64,000 nucleotides of DNA from Acidobacteriota bacterium (GTDB lineage: Bacteria; Acidobacteriota; UBA6911; RPQK01; JAJDTT01): NCBI GenBank assembly GCA_965263035.1, contig OZ253580.1, positions 5,056,001 to 5,120,000 on the forward strand, read 5' to 3'. Both the position numbers and the translations under genes were made by a program. The notes beneath the pieces were generated by a model, which saw nothing but the letters and a program-made list of their open reading frames with translations, did not search any database and was not told the origin of the DNA. Shown piece after piece: positions 49,051 through 58,438 of this stretch; positions within the stretch are counted from its first letter, which is position 1; every line of letters starts with the position of its first letter.

Positions 49051-50048
49051 TTTCCTTGAACCTGTCCACCCCACATCGTGAGGTTCGGTCAGCTTCCCCT
49101 GGTGATGCCGTCATTGAGGCTGTACTAGGTGGGGGTGGGTACTCCGGTACTTCTGTCCCCGGTGTCTTGGGAGCCTGTACCAGCCGATTGAGCGGCGTCC
49201 TGGCCTCCGCTGATATCGACGTTGCCCTAGTCGGAATTCTCCCGTCAATTGCTCGGCAAATTGTTTGGACCGGCGAGGTCGTCCTCTTCCTCAATCCCGA
49301 TCTTAAGCTGGAAATTGTCACGTCCTACGACATGGCCGGGAGTGCTGAGAATCGCGTCTACACCATCGACATTAACGGACCTTCCCGGAGCTTGACCTAC
49401 AAGAACATCGGGCAGGATCAAATCTGTCATGCGATTGTCCGGCCTTCCTCTATGGCACCGTGGCGGGGTGAAGGCTGGCGACAAACAGCGGGCATTGTGG
49501 CGTCCCAACTGGCTGCCGTGGACGCCGCAATCGAGCAAGAGGGTAAACAACCTCGTGGATCTTTGTTGCCGGTTGTCGCCGCAGAGAGTCCCGAAAGATT
49601 GACAAAGTTGATGGGCGCATTGATGCGCTTGAAAGGTGGATTGAGTTCGCATCCGCTGCTAGGGAGGCAAGGCGAGAATCCCGGACCCAGCCCAACGCCG
49701 GTACGCTTGCAAACAAACAGCCTGGGAGAATTGTTAAAAGCACGTGAGGAGTTGAGCTCGGCCTTGTGCGAAGCCCTGGGCGTCCCGCGTGTTTTGGTAG
49801 GATTCGGGGCCGGCGGTCAAGTCTCCAGGCCGGACGCCTTGAGGAGCTGGATTGCAACCACTGTGGGAGCATGGGCGAATACCATCAAGAGCGAGCTAGC
49901 ACGGGTGCTGGAGCGACCGGTTGTCCTGGACTTGGAACCGATCCTGGCTGGCCTGGTTCCAGTTGGACTCCGAGTTGGTGCCGCTGCGCGACTGGTCAAG
50001 GCGGGCTGGAGCATAGCGGATGCAGAACGCATCGTGAGGTTGTCATGA
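49047..50048 (+). CDS. Phage portal protein (divergent)
   Basis: 333 aa; IARQIVWTGEVVL, ICHA...PWRGEG, LCEALGVPRVLVG; ATGA coupling to the protease gene. Confidence 0.65.
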   Translation: MISLNLSTPHREVRSASPGDAVIEAVLGGGGYSGTSVPGVLGACTSRLSGVLASADIDVALVGILPSIARQIVWTGEVVLFLNPDLKLEIVTSYDMAGSAENRVYTIDINGPSRSLTYKNIGQDQICHAIVRPSSMAPWRGEGWRQTAGIVASQLAAVDAAIEQEGKQPRGSLLPVVAAESPERLTKLMGALMRLKGGLSSHPLLGRQGENPGPSPTPVRLQTNSLGELLKAREELSSALCEALGVPRVLVGFGAGGQVSRPDALRSWIATTVGAWANTIKSELARVLERPVVLDLEPILAGLVPVGLRVGAAARLVKAGWSIADAERIVRLS

Positions 50049-50596
50049 TTTCCACCGTCGAGACTCCGGCAAACTACGGCGGCCTTGTGGACGCGCAATT
50101 GGTCCGGGAGGCGTTGAACTTGGAAGCCTCCGCACCCTCCAACGCCGCTCTGATCTTCCGCATTGAGGAATCGGCCAAACGTATTGAGGGCCTGACCAGA
50201 TTGGTATTGGCTGAATCTGTTTGGTTGTATGAGATTTTCTACGAAGATTTTTTGGAGCATGGAACGCAACCCTCAGCGTTCCGCTTGCCGGGACTGTACG
50301 CGCCCACGGTAGACCCCACTGTCACGGTCACGGATGAGGACGGGTATGTCGTGGTGGTCACTTCCACGGTGGAAGGTATGGGGGATTCGATCCTCTTACG
50401 AACGACCACCGGCACGTTTCTGGACTACGAACTGCCGCTGACAATTGAGATCACACGTGGTGTCTCCGCTTCCCAGCTTCCAGGTGACTTGAGGGCGGCC
50501 GTCATAACTATGGTCGAGCAATTGAACGACGGTTTCAGCCCACTGGCCGAAGCCAGCATCGTCCGAATTTGCTCGCGGTATGGCTGGGTCGGCTGA
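50045..50596 (+). CDS. Head-tail connector-like protein (HK97 gp6/SPP1 gp15 type)
   Basis: VREALNL...IEESAKRIEGLTRLVL, LPGDLRAAVITMV; position after the portal. Confidence 0.62.
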   Translation: MISTVETPANYGGLVDAQLVREALNLEASAPSNAALIFRIEESAKRIEGLTRLVLAESVWLYEIFYEDFLEHGTQPSAFRLPGLYAPTVDPTVTVTDEDGYVVVVTSTVEGMGDSILLRTTTGTFLDYELPLTIEITRGVSASQLPGDLRAAVITMVEQLNDGFSPLAEASIVRICSRYGWVG

Positions 50597-50943
50597 TGCG
50601 CGGGCATCTAGCATCCCCCCAGAGACGACGAATCCCGCGAGCCCGAGACCTGACCGAACGAATCACCATTCTTCGTATTGGGTATGACTCGAACGGCACT
50701 CCAACTGGTTCCTATTCAACACGGAAGAGCAATGTTCCTGCTCGTCTATTCCGTGCTACCGGAGACCAGATTTTTACTGAGGATACTCTCCGTTTGGAGA
50801 ATACCCTGAGCTTCCAGATTCGGTACATGAGCATGAACACCACGGATCGTGTCTTGTGGGCCGGGAAGGATCTGGAGATCCAGGCCATCATTGATGTTGT
50901 GCCGAGACGATGGCTGCAACTCGATTGCAGGGAATCGGAGTGA
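50596..50943 (+). CDS. Head closure/head-tail adaptor (SPP1 gp16 type)
   Basis: DLTERITI, FQIRY, TDRVLWAGKDLEIQAI, WLQLDCRE; TGATG coupling. Confidence 0.72.
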   Translation: MRGHLASPQRRRIPRARDLTERITILRIGYDSNGTPTGSYSTRKSNVPARLFRATGDQIFTEDTLRLENTLSFQIRYMSMNTTDRVLWAGKDLEIQAIIDVVPRRWLQLDCRESE

Positions 50944-51120
50944 GCTAAGGGACCGGAACGCACCCGCCGCCGACGGAAGGGGTCTTGATTCTTAATACCC
51001 TCCTGTAAGGGTTCGCGCATATCGCCGCCGTCGCCACGAACCGGGGCCGGAGGGTGAAGAAGAACGTCCGGCCTTTCTGACAAGAGAGGAATACGGGCAC
51101 GAACGAGCCCGGTAAGCGGG

Positions 51121-51576
51121 TCAATCGTCAACGAAGTTTTTCAGCTTCGAATACAGGTCTGTCAGCCTATCCACATGAAGCCATACGCCCGGGTTTTTCA
51201 CGAGCTGGAACAATTGAGCGTATTTTTTCTCCCCGGTGCTGCCTTGGGCGAATTCCGCGTATACCTCGGGTGTTTCCTTTATTGCGTTCGTCAACAGCTG
51301 CCGAAACTGGTCCAGCTCGTAGTCAACCCCCTTTTGGAAGTTTGGATATTCGCCACACGCATCCAACAGAGGCTGGACGTGCGTTTTGAACTTCTCCATA
51401 TCCTTCAGTTCTTCTTCCTGGTTGGGAACCCCGCCCGTATTCTTTTCCCAAAGTAGCGTCATAATATGGAAGTTAATCGCCAAAAGGAGATTGATCACAA
51501 GAACCTGGCCTTGGACTATTTGATTCGCTTCGTTAACTTCTTCAGCGAGTTCCGCCAAGGGACTCTTGTATGCCAT
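51121..51576 (-). CDS. Hypothetical accessory protein of the element
   Basis: 151-aa helical ORF with RBS GGAG; no recognisable family. Confidence 0.6.
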   Translation of the reverse strand: MAYKSPLAELAEEVNEANQIVQGQVLVINLLLAINFHIMTLLWEKNTGGVPNQEEELKDMEKFKTHVQPLLDACGEYPNFQKGVDYELDQFRQLLTNAIKETPEVYAEFAQGSTGEKKYAQLFQLVKNPGVWLHVDRLTDLYSKLKNFVDD

Positions 51577-51785
51577 CTCTACTCCTGTTCTGGTAAGCGG
51601 GGATGGGTGCCGGCGACACTACTCCCCCCAACCTGACCGGACTGTACTTTGGCCCCCTGACACTATGCTTGGCGCGTCCGCCGCAAGAGGCGGTGCCCAG
51701 CCTTTTAGATGCGTCACACGCCGTCTTTATACCCATCGGCAAACCCTTCCCGGTACTTCAGCAGTCCAACTCCTGACGCCTTCGT

Positions 51786-51814
51786 TTGATAATTGCCTTT
51801 CAGGGGAATATACT
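51786..51814 (+). promoter_or_regulatory. Sigma-70-type promoter facing the right att site
   Basis: TTGATA-17 nt-TATACT. Confidence 0.6.
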
Positions 51815-52061
51815 TACAGTCCTTTCGCTACCGTCAGGCCGGGACACGACGCCGGTAGGCGGGCCGAGGTTTTCTAACGTGGCCTCGGTGGTTGAGCCGC
51901 CCCTTCCTCGGTCGTAATCAGAGAATTTCACAATCTACGGTTTCGCACCCTGGGAGGGGTGAATCTCCCTCCCTTCCTTTCCCCTTGCGCCTTGTCATCC
52001 TGGCCTGTTACCCTCCCACGCAGTGTTAAAAGGGTAAACGGTCCCACCCCCAGCCAAATGG

Positions 52062-52852
52062 CTTTGGACATGGCTCTGGTCGGAGGCGGCTCCACAGATG
52101 CTCCCGAGGGTGACGTAGATCACCGAACCGAATACGGTGACCCGAACCGCCGGGTCGAAGCTGAACCAAGGCTGGTGGTCCCAATGAGGCTGCCAGGAGG
52201 TTGGGATCCAGGTGACGGCGCCCAGTTGGTAGGTCACGATCCCGATCACCAGCCAAGCTCCTCCCAGCATGAGGGTCAGTTGGAGGGTGTCCGTGATGAC
52301 GACGGTTCGCAGACCCCCGACCGACGTGTAGATCACGGCGACGAAACCCGTGACCAGGATGACGACTGGAATCCACGATTCGTCCACGCCCAACATGACG
52401 GTCATGGCCCGGGCCGACAGGTAGACGAGAAGCGACATCCAGATCAGGCGCGAAAAGAGAAATATGGCGGCGCCCAGGAGCCGGATCCGCAGACCCAGTC
52501 TCTCTTCCAGGTACTCGTAGGCACTGATGACGCGCCGGCGCATGTAGAGCGGAAGGAAGACGTATCCCATGACCAGGTAGAGGATGGGATAGACCATGAA
52601 GTTGTTGAACATGGCGCCCGGGCCCTTGCCGATGGCCTCGCCGGGGACCGACAGGTAGGAGATGGTGCTCAGACCGGTCGCGAAGATGGAGAACCCCACC
52701 AGGGTGGAATTCATGCGCCCGCTGCCGGTGAAGTATTCGTTGAGGCTGGTCTGACGGCGGCCGTAGAAATATCCCAAGGCGAGCGTGCCCAGCGCGTAGA
52801 GAGCGATGATCGCCCAGTCGATGACTGCGAGTCCCGCGCTCGGGCTATTCAC
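52062..52852 (-). pseudogene. Sodium:solute symporter, 5' half
   Basis: IDWAII, EYFTGSG, GFSIFATGLSTISYL, SAYEYLEER, YTSVGGLRTVVITDTLQ; ends at DQSHVQ. Confidence 0.9.
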
Positions 52853-53270
52853 GGAGGCCCTCCTGGCCTCCGGTGAGGACTTCGGCGTCGGTTGCGGCTT
52901 TCCGGGAGCGATCCCGCAAGGTGAGCCCGACGCCGCCGGCAACGGAGGTCAGGAAGGCGCCGGCGATGACAGGTTCCAACACCGGATCCGGTATCTCGAG
53001 ACCGGTTCCTTCCCGGATCAGAAAGCCGATGTAGTTGTGGGGCAGGTTGAGCTCACCCAGCGATCGCCGGACCTGCCAGTGCCAGTCGGTGCAGATGCAG
53101 TATCCCCACCCCCGCCAGTAGCCGAATCCGAACCAGGAAATAGCGGTCAGGGCCAGTGCCGCCAGGGTCAGCCGCCGGGTTCGGGGCCAGATCCAACCCA
53201 GAACCACCAGGAGGATCCAGAGGGAATGGAAAAGGAGAAAACAGACGTCCAGCAGTTGGAGAAAGCTCAT
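52845..53270 (-). CDS. DUF2784-like membrane protein
   Basis: FLLFH, GWGYCICTDWHW, NYIGFL. Confidence 0.7.
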   Translation of the reverse strand: MSFLQLLDVCFLLFHSLWILLVVLGWIWPRTRRLTLAALALTAISWFGFGYWRGWGYCICTDWHWQVRRSLGELNLPHNYIGFLIREGTGLEIPDPVLEPVIAGAFLTSVAGGVGLTLRDRSRKAATDAEVLTGGQEGLRE

Positions 53271-53488
53271 CGTTCCCTTCCATCTGCGACGCCTCCTTGT
53301 CTTTCCACCCAATCCAACCAATCGTAGTCGAACGATACTGTCCGGCGTGTCCGTCCGCAAATCCGGCGCCGAGCCACCGGCAGAATCCGCACTTCTCCCA
53401 GCCGCCCGGAAGCCTTCTCTCTTCCCTCATTATCCGCATCGCCGCCTTGATTCCGCTTCGGGAAATATGACAAGATGCGCGCCCAAAT

Positions 53489-55198
53489 ATGGACGCATTG
53501 AAGTGTGATCTTCTGATCGTGGGCGGCGGGGCAGCCGGCCTGCGAGCCGCAGTGGCGGCGGTCGAGGTTCAGCCGGACCTGGACATCGTCGTCGTCTCCA
53601 AGGTCTATCCCATGCGTAGCCACACGGTGTCGGCCGAGGGCGGCACGGCGGCAGTGCTGCGGGAATACGACAGCCTGGAACTGCACTGCTTCGATACCAT
53701 CCGCGGAAGTGACTACTTGGCGGACCAGGACGCCGTCGAGCTGTTCGTCGACACGGCTCCCGACGAAGTTCTGCAGTTGGAGCACTGGGGATGTCCGTGG
53801 AGCCGGGACCGGGACGGGCGTATCAGCGTTCGGGCCTTCGGCGGCATGAGCGTCAAGCGCACCGTCTTCGCTTCGGACAAGACCGGCTTCCACATGCTCC
53901 ACAGCCTCTTCCAGCACTCGCTGCGGTATGCCAGGATCCGTCGCTATGACGAGTGGTTCGTCACCTCTCTCCTGGTGGACGACGGTAAATGCGTGGGTGT
54001 GACCGGCCTGGATCTGGCCACCGGACGGATTCAACCGATCCTGGCCAAGTCCGTGATGCTCTGCACGGGCGGAGGCGGCCGGATCTTCCCCTTCACCACC
54101 AACGGCAACATCAAGACCGGAGACGGGATGGCCATGGCCTACCGGGCCGGGGCGCCGCTGAAGGACATGGAGTTCGTCCAGTACCATCCCACGGGCCTGC
54201 CCGGGACCGGAATCCTGATTACGGAGGCCTCCCGGGGCGAAGGCGGGTATCTCTTCAACCGCGAGGGCGAGAGGTTCCTGGAGCGCTATATCCCCGGCAA
54301 GATGGAGCTGGGACCCAGGGACATCCTCTCCAGGGCCATCATTACCGAACGTCAGGCGGGCCGGACCTTCGAGGGCCGTCATGGAGAATATGTCCATCTC
54401 GACCTCACCCATCTGGGTGAGAAGGTCATCAACGAGAAGCTTCCCTTCGTTCGGGAGTTGGCGTCCAAGTACGTCGGGATCGACCCGGTGCATCAACCGA
54501 TTCCGGTCCGCCCCGTGGTGCACTACATGATGGGAGGCGTGAGTACCGCAAACGACGGGAGCACTCCCTTGGAGGGTCTCTACGCGGCCGGAGAAGTCGC
54601 CTGCGTGACCATCAACGGCGCCAATCGCCTGGGCTCCAATTCCCTGACCGAGTGCCTGGTCTTCGGCGGATTCGCCGGCGAGGCGGCCGCCCGCCACGCC
54701 GTCTCCAACGAGCTGGTCGATCCGGGCCGGGTCCAGGCGGCGGCCCGCAGGGAGGAGCAGCGGATCGAGCAGGGATTCCTCCGTCGGGAAGACGGGACCC
54801 AGCGCATCAGCGGTCTGCGGGGCGAGATGCAGTCCGCCATGGAGAAGGGGTGCGGAGTCTATCGGACCCGGGACAGTCTGCTGGAGACCACTATGGAACT
54901 GGCGGAGTTGAGAGAACGATTCGCCAACTTGCGCATCGACGACCGGGGCAAGGTCTTCAACACCGATCTGGTGGCGGCACTGGAACTGGATTTCATGCTG
55001 GACGTGGCCCGCTGCATCGCCGGCGCCGCGTTGACCCGCGAGGAGTCGCGCGGGGCTCAGGCCCGGGTCGACTTTCCCGAGCGCGACGACGAACGGTTCC
55101 TGCATCACCAGCTGTCTCTCTTCTCCGAGGAGGGTCCACGGTTGGAGACCCAGCCGGTGACCATCACCCGCTGGGCTCCCGAGGAGCGGAAATATTGA
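53489..55198 (+). CDS. frdA: Fumarate reductase/succinate dehydrogenase flavoprotein
   Basis: [20 protein letters not shown] (covalent FAD His), [23 protein letters not shown]. Confidence 0.92.
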   Translation: MDALKCDLLIVGGGAAGLRAAVAAVEVQPDLDIVVVSKVYPMRSHTVSAEGGTAAVLREYDSLELHCFDTIRGSDYLADQDAVELFVDTAPDEVLQLEHWGCPWSRDRDGRISVRAFGGMSVKRTVFASDKTGFHMLHSLFQHSLRYARIRRYDEWFVTSLLVDDGKCVGVTGLDLATGRIQPILAKSVMLCTGGGGRIFPFTTNGNIKTGDGMAMAYRAGAPLKDMEFVQYHPTGLPGTGILITEASRGEGGYLFNREGERFLERYIPGKMELGPRDILSRAIITERQAGRTFEGRHGEYVHLDLTHLGEKVINEKLPFVRELASKYVGIDPVHQPIPVRPVVHYMMGGVSTANDGSTPLEGLYAAGEVACVTINGANRLGSNSLTECLVFGGFAGEAAARHAVSNELVDPGRVQAAARREEQRIEQGFLRREDGTQRISGLRGEMQSAMEKGCGVYRTRDSLLETTMELAELRERFANLRIDDRGKVFNTDLVAALELDFMLDVARCIAGAALTREESRGAQARVDFPERDDERFLHHQLSLFSEEGPRLETQPVTITRWAPEERKY

Positions 55199-55218
55199 GC
55201 CAGGAGCGAGATTCCGCG

Positions 55219-55956
55219 ATGAAGACCATCGACATCACCGTCACCCGGTTCGATCCGGAGAACAGTTCCGCCCCGTACGATCAGACGTACACCATCCCCT
55301 ACGACGACGAGATGGTGGTTCTGGACGGCCTCAACTACATCAAGGACCATGTGGACGGCAGCCTGACCTATCGCTGGTCCTGCCGAATGGGGGTCTGCGG
55401 GAGCTGCGGCATGATGGTCAACGGAGTGCCCGTACTGACCTGTGCCGTCTTCCTGAAGGACTATCCGCAGGGCGTGCGCGTGGGTCCGCTGGACCATTTC
55501 CCGGTAGTCCGGGATCTGGTCATCGAGATGGATGACTTCATGGACAAGCTCCGGGCGGTGAAGCCCTGGATGATTCGCGAGCAGGAGAAGCCGGTTCAGG
55601 AGGGCGAATATCTGCAATCCCCCGAGGAGCTGGAGCTCTTTCGACAGTTCAGCATGTGCATCAACTGCGCCCTCTGCTATGCGGCCTGTCCTGTCTACGC
55701 CGCGGACAAGACCTTCATCGGACCTGCCGCCATCGCCTTGGCGCACCGGTATGACATGGACTCCAGGGAAGAGGGCCAGGACCAGCGGGCCGAGGTCATC
55801 GGAAGCCACGAGGGGATCTGGGAATGCTCCTTCGTCGGCGAGTGCTCGGTGGTGTGTCCCAAGCACGTGGACCCGGCGGCGGCGATCCAGCGTTCCAAGG
55901 TGCGGCTGACGAAGGACCATATCCTTTCGTTGCTCTGGCCCTGGGGGAAATCGTGA
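55219..55956 (+). CDS. frdB: Fumarate reductase iron-sulfur subunit
   Basis: RWSCRMGVCGSCG, CINCALCYAACP, CSFVGECSVVCPK. Confidence 0.92.
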   Translation: MKTIDITVTRFDPENSSAPYDQTYTIPYDDEMVVLDGLNYIKDHVDGSLTYRWSCRMGVCGSCGMMVNGVPVLTCAVFLKDYPQGVRVGPLDHFPVVRDLVIEMDDFMDKLRAVKPWMIREQEKPVQEGEYLQSPEELELFRQFSMCINCALCYAACPVYAADKTFIGPAAIALAHRYDMDSREEGQDQRAEVIGSHEGIWECSFVGECSVVCPKHVDPAAAIQRSKVRLTKDHILSLLWPWGKS

Positions 55957-56357
55957 GCCTCCCTTCGTCGCAGCGTCCGCCTCGGTATCGGCCCCAGCGG
56001 TCGTCCCTCTGGTGGCTGAGCCAGGGACGGTATTTTCTGTTTATGCTCCGGGAGCTGTCGGCGGTGTTCGTCGCGCTCTATGTGCTCAGTTATCTGGTGG
56101 GCCTGTATCGGCTGTCTCAAGGGAAGGACAGCTATGAGGCCTACCTTTCCATGCTCCAGCACCCGGCCGTCCTCGTCTTCCTGGGAGTGGCCCTGGTCTT
56201 CTGCCTGTTGCACACGGTGACCTGGATCCACCTGACCCCCATCGTGATGGTGGTTCGGATGGGGCGGAAGGTGGTCCCGGCCAAGTTGGTGCTGGCGGCA
56301 AACTATCTGGCCTGGATCCTGGTTTCCGGGGTCCTCTGGTACTTGGTGGTGAACTGA
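55953..56357 (+). CDS. frdC: Fumarate reductase membrane anchor C
   Basis: WW...YFLFMLRELSAVF, LLHTVTW; three TM helices. Confidence 0.85.
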   Translation: MSLPSSQRPPRYRPQRSSLWWLSQGRYFLFMLRELSAVFVALYVLSYLVGLYRLSQGKDSYEAYLSMLQHPAVLVFLGVALVFCLLHTVTWIHLTPIVMVVRMGRKVVPAKLVLAANYLAWILVSGVLWYLVVN

Positions 56358-56358
56358 G

Positions 56359-56712
56359 ATGGGTGTCCGGCTCAAGACGGCTGACCCCATCTGGTGGGGA
56401 CTCTTTTCGGCGGGCGGCACGGTGGCGGCCTTCCTGGTCCCGGTCCACATCCTGGTTACCGGCTTGGGCATCGGCTTGGGCTGGATTCCTCTCGAGACGC
56501 TCTCCTACGAGCGGGTTCGGGAACTCCTGGAGAACCCGCTGGTTCGGCTCTACCTTCTGGTTCTCATTTCCTTGCCTCTCTTCCACTCTGCTCACCGTCT
56601 CCGGCACATCCTGATCGACCTGGGACGCGGAGCCCTCAGGACGCCCATCTCGTTCCTCTGCTACGGTTGCGCCATTGCGGGAACGGCGGCCGCCGTCTGG
56701 CTACTGGTGTAG
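56359..56712 (+). CDS. frdD: Fumarate reductase membrane anchor D
   Basis: DPIWWGLFSAGG, SYERV, LPLFHSAHRLRH. Confidence 0.88.
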   Translation: MGVRLKTADPIWWGLFSAGGTVAAFLVPVHILVTGLGIGLGWIPLETLSYERVRELLENPLVRLYLLVLISLPLFHSAHRLRHILIDLGRGALRTPISFLCYGCAIAGTAAAVWLLV

Positions 56713-56716
56713 GGAG

Positions 56717-56806
56717 GGGCGATTTCCAATCGCCCATTCTGGACTGCAGAGGGGAGACTCCGTCCGCCCTGCTTCCCCCTGTCGGCGGCAAGGATGCCGC
56801 CGCTCC
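56717..56806. repeat. REP-like palindrome pair after frdD
   Basis: GGGCGATT-TCC-AATCGCCC and CGGCGGCA-AGGA-TGCCGCCG-CTCC. Confidence 0.55.
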
Positions 56807-56891
56807 ACCCCGCCGATCCTTTCGAAACGAAACCTTATTCCAGAAAAATCCGTCTACTAATCAGGACAGGTTCCAAGAACAGGAGACGGAA

Positions 56892-58412
56892 ATGAGAAAA
56901 TCCAGATTCGCAATGGCTGATGGAATGAACGGAACTGTTTTCGCGGGAACGGATCCCACGTGGCGCCGGAAGACGAATCCGAACCGGTGGGACCGGGATG
57001 AGATTCTGGAGCCGGAGCCGGCTGCGGCCCGGGGAGAGCACGGGGACGACACGATCTACGCCTACCTTAAGGAAATGGGTTCCATACCCTTGCTCACAGC
57101 CCGCCAGGAGGTCGAAGTCGCGCGCCGGTTGGCTAAGGGCCGGGAGCGGATCGCCGATTCTCTGTACCGTTGCCCCATCGCCGTCGGAGAGCTTCTGGTC
57201 TGGGGACAAAGGCTACAGGTCGGTGAGATGCGGATTCGCGAGATTGCCCGCCTGGATTCCGATGCCACCGCGGGAGTCGAACCGCTGGACTGGTTCCGGG
57301 CTCAACTGAGGGCCATTGCCCGCTTGGACCGCCACGCCCGACAGCTCTGGCGTCGTTGGCGGGAGGTGGTTCAACGAGGAGAGCCCGGCTTCCGGGAACT
57401 CCTGGGATTGGCTCGGGCACGCGGCGCGACCGCCGCACGGATTCGGAAGCTCGGTCTGAAGGAGGAAGCGCGAGCCCGGTTGCTCAAGTCGCTCAAGACC
57501 TCACTGGAACCGTTTCTGGACCTTATGAAGAAGAGCGAGAGTCTCCGGGAGGGCCAAACGGAACTGGACCGGGACCGGTATCGGCAGGTTTGCAGCGAAC
57601 TGGAGCAGTGGGAGCAGTCCCGGTACGTGACCCGGGAGCAGGTGCGCCGAACCTTCGGACGCATCTGCGACGCGGAGCGCCGGGCCGACGACGCCAAGCA
57701 GGAGCTGGTGCAGTCGAACCTGCGGTTGGTCGTGTCCGTGGCCAAGAAATACCGGGGCCGCGGGCTGGCCTTCCTGGATTTGATCCAGGAGGGGAACATC
57801 GGCCTGATGAAGGCGGTCGACCGCTTCAATCACCGTCTGGGATTCAAGTTCTCCACTTACGCCCACTGGTGGATCCGGCAGGCGATCCAGCGATCCATCT
57901 CCGAGAAGGGGAGAACGATTCGACTTCCTGTCCACATCTCCGAGGTCGTCTACAAATCCGTCCGGACGGCTCGCGAGTGGACCCGGGTCCATGGCCGCAA
58001 ACCCAGTACGGAAGAGATCGCCGGAGTCGTGGGACTGCCGGCGGAGCGGGTCCAGCGCATCCTGGATATCGCACGAAATCCGGTTTCCCTGGAAGTCCCG
58101 ATCGGCCGGGACGAGGAGGGTAAGCTGCAGGATGTCCTCGAGGACTGCACCAGCGAGTCTCCTTCCGAAGAACTGCTGCGTCAGAGCGTGGCGGACGAGA
58201 CCTCAGGCATCCTCATGAATCTGGACTCCCGGGAAGAGCGGGTGCTGCGCCTGAGGTTCGGCGTTGGGGAAGATAGCGGGCATACTCTGGAGCAGATCGG
58301 CCGCGTATTCTCCCTGACCCGGGAGCGGATCCGGCAGATCGAGGCCATGGCACTCCGCAGGTTGCGGCGGGCCTATGCCGGCCGGCACCCAGTCCAGGCT
58401 GCCCCAAGGTAA
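56892..58412 (+). CDS. RpoD/SigA-family sigma-70 factor lacking region 1.1 (group 2-like)
   Basis: YLKEMGSIPLL, NLRLVVSVAKKY, DLIQEGNIGLMKAV, KFSTYAHWWIRQAI, TRERIRQIE. Confidence 0.88.
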   Translation: MRKSRFAMADGMNGTVFAGTDPTWRRKTNPNRWDRDEILEPEPAAARGEHGDDTIYAYLKEMGSIPLLTARQEVEVARRLAKGRERIADSLYRCPIAVGELLVWGQRLQVGEMRIREIARLDSDATAGVEPLDWFRAQLRAIARLDRHARQLWRRWREVVQRGEPGFRELLGLARARGATAARIRKLGLKEEARARLLKSLKTSLEPFLDLMKKSESLREGQTELDRDRYRQVCSELEQWEQSRYVTREQVRRTFGRICDAERRADDAKQELVQSNLRLVVSVAKKYRGRGLAFLDLIQEGNIGLMKAVDRFNHRLGFKFSTYAHWWIRQAIQRSISEKGRTIRLPVHISEVVYKSVRTAREWTRVHGRKPSTEEIAGVVGLPAERVQRILDIARNPVSLEVPIGRDEEGKLQDVLEDCTSESPSEELLRQSVADETSGILMNLDSREERVLRLRFGVGEDSGHTLEQIGRVFSLTRERIRQIEAMALRRLRRAYAGRHPVQAAPR

Positions 58413-58438
58413 GTCCCCGCCGGGGCCATCCGGCAAGG

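Larger units (their letters stand above)
42863..52072. mobile_element. Integrated tail-less, capsid-encoding phage satellite-like element (~9.2 kb)
   Basis: Bounded by CTTTGGCCATG (42863-42873) and CTTTGGACATG (52062-52072); splits one gene; lower GC; carries integrase, terminase and head genes. Confidence 0.85.

Noticed and set aside
51995-52061. C-terminus of the 315-aa symporter ORF (SHLAGGG...)
   Set aside because: Read-through into element DNA past the att site, not symporter sequence.
42863-52072. Complete prophage, gene transfer agent or encapsulin locus
   Set aside because: No tail, tape measure or lysis genes between the defined att sites; the integrase and att sites argue against a GTA; portal and terminase argue against an encapsulin.
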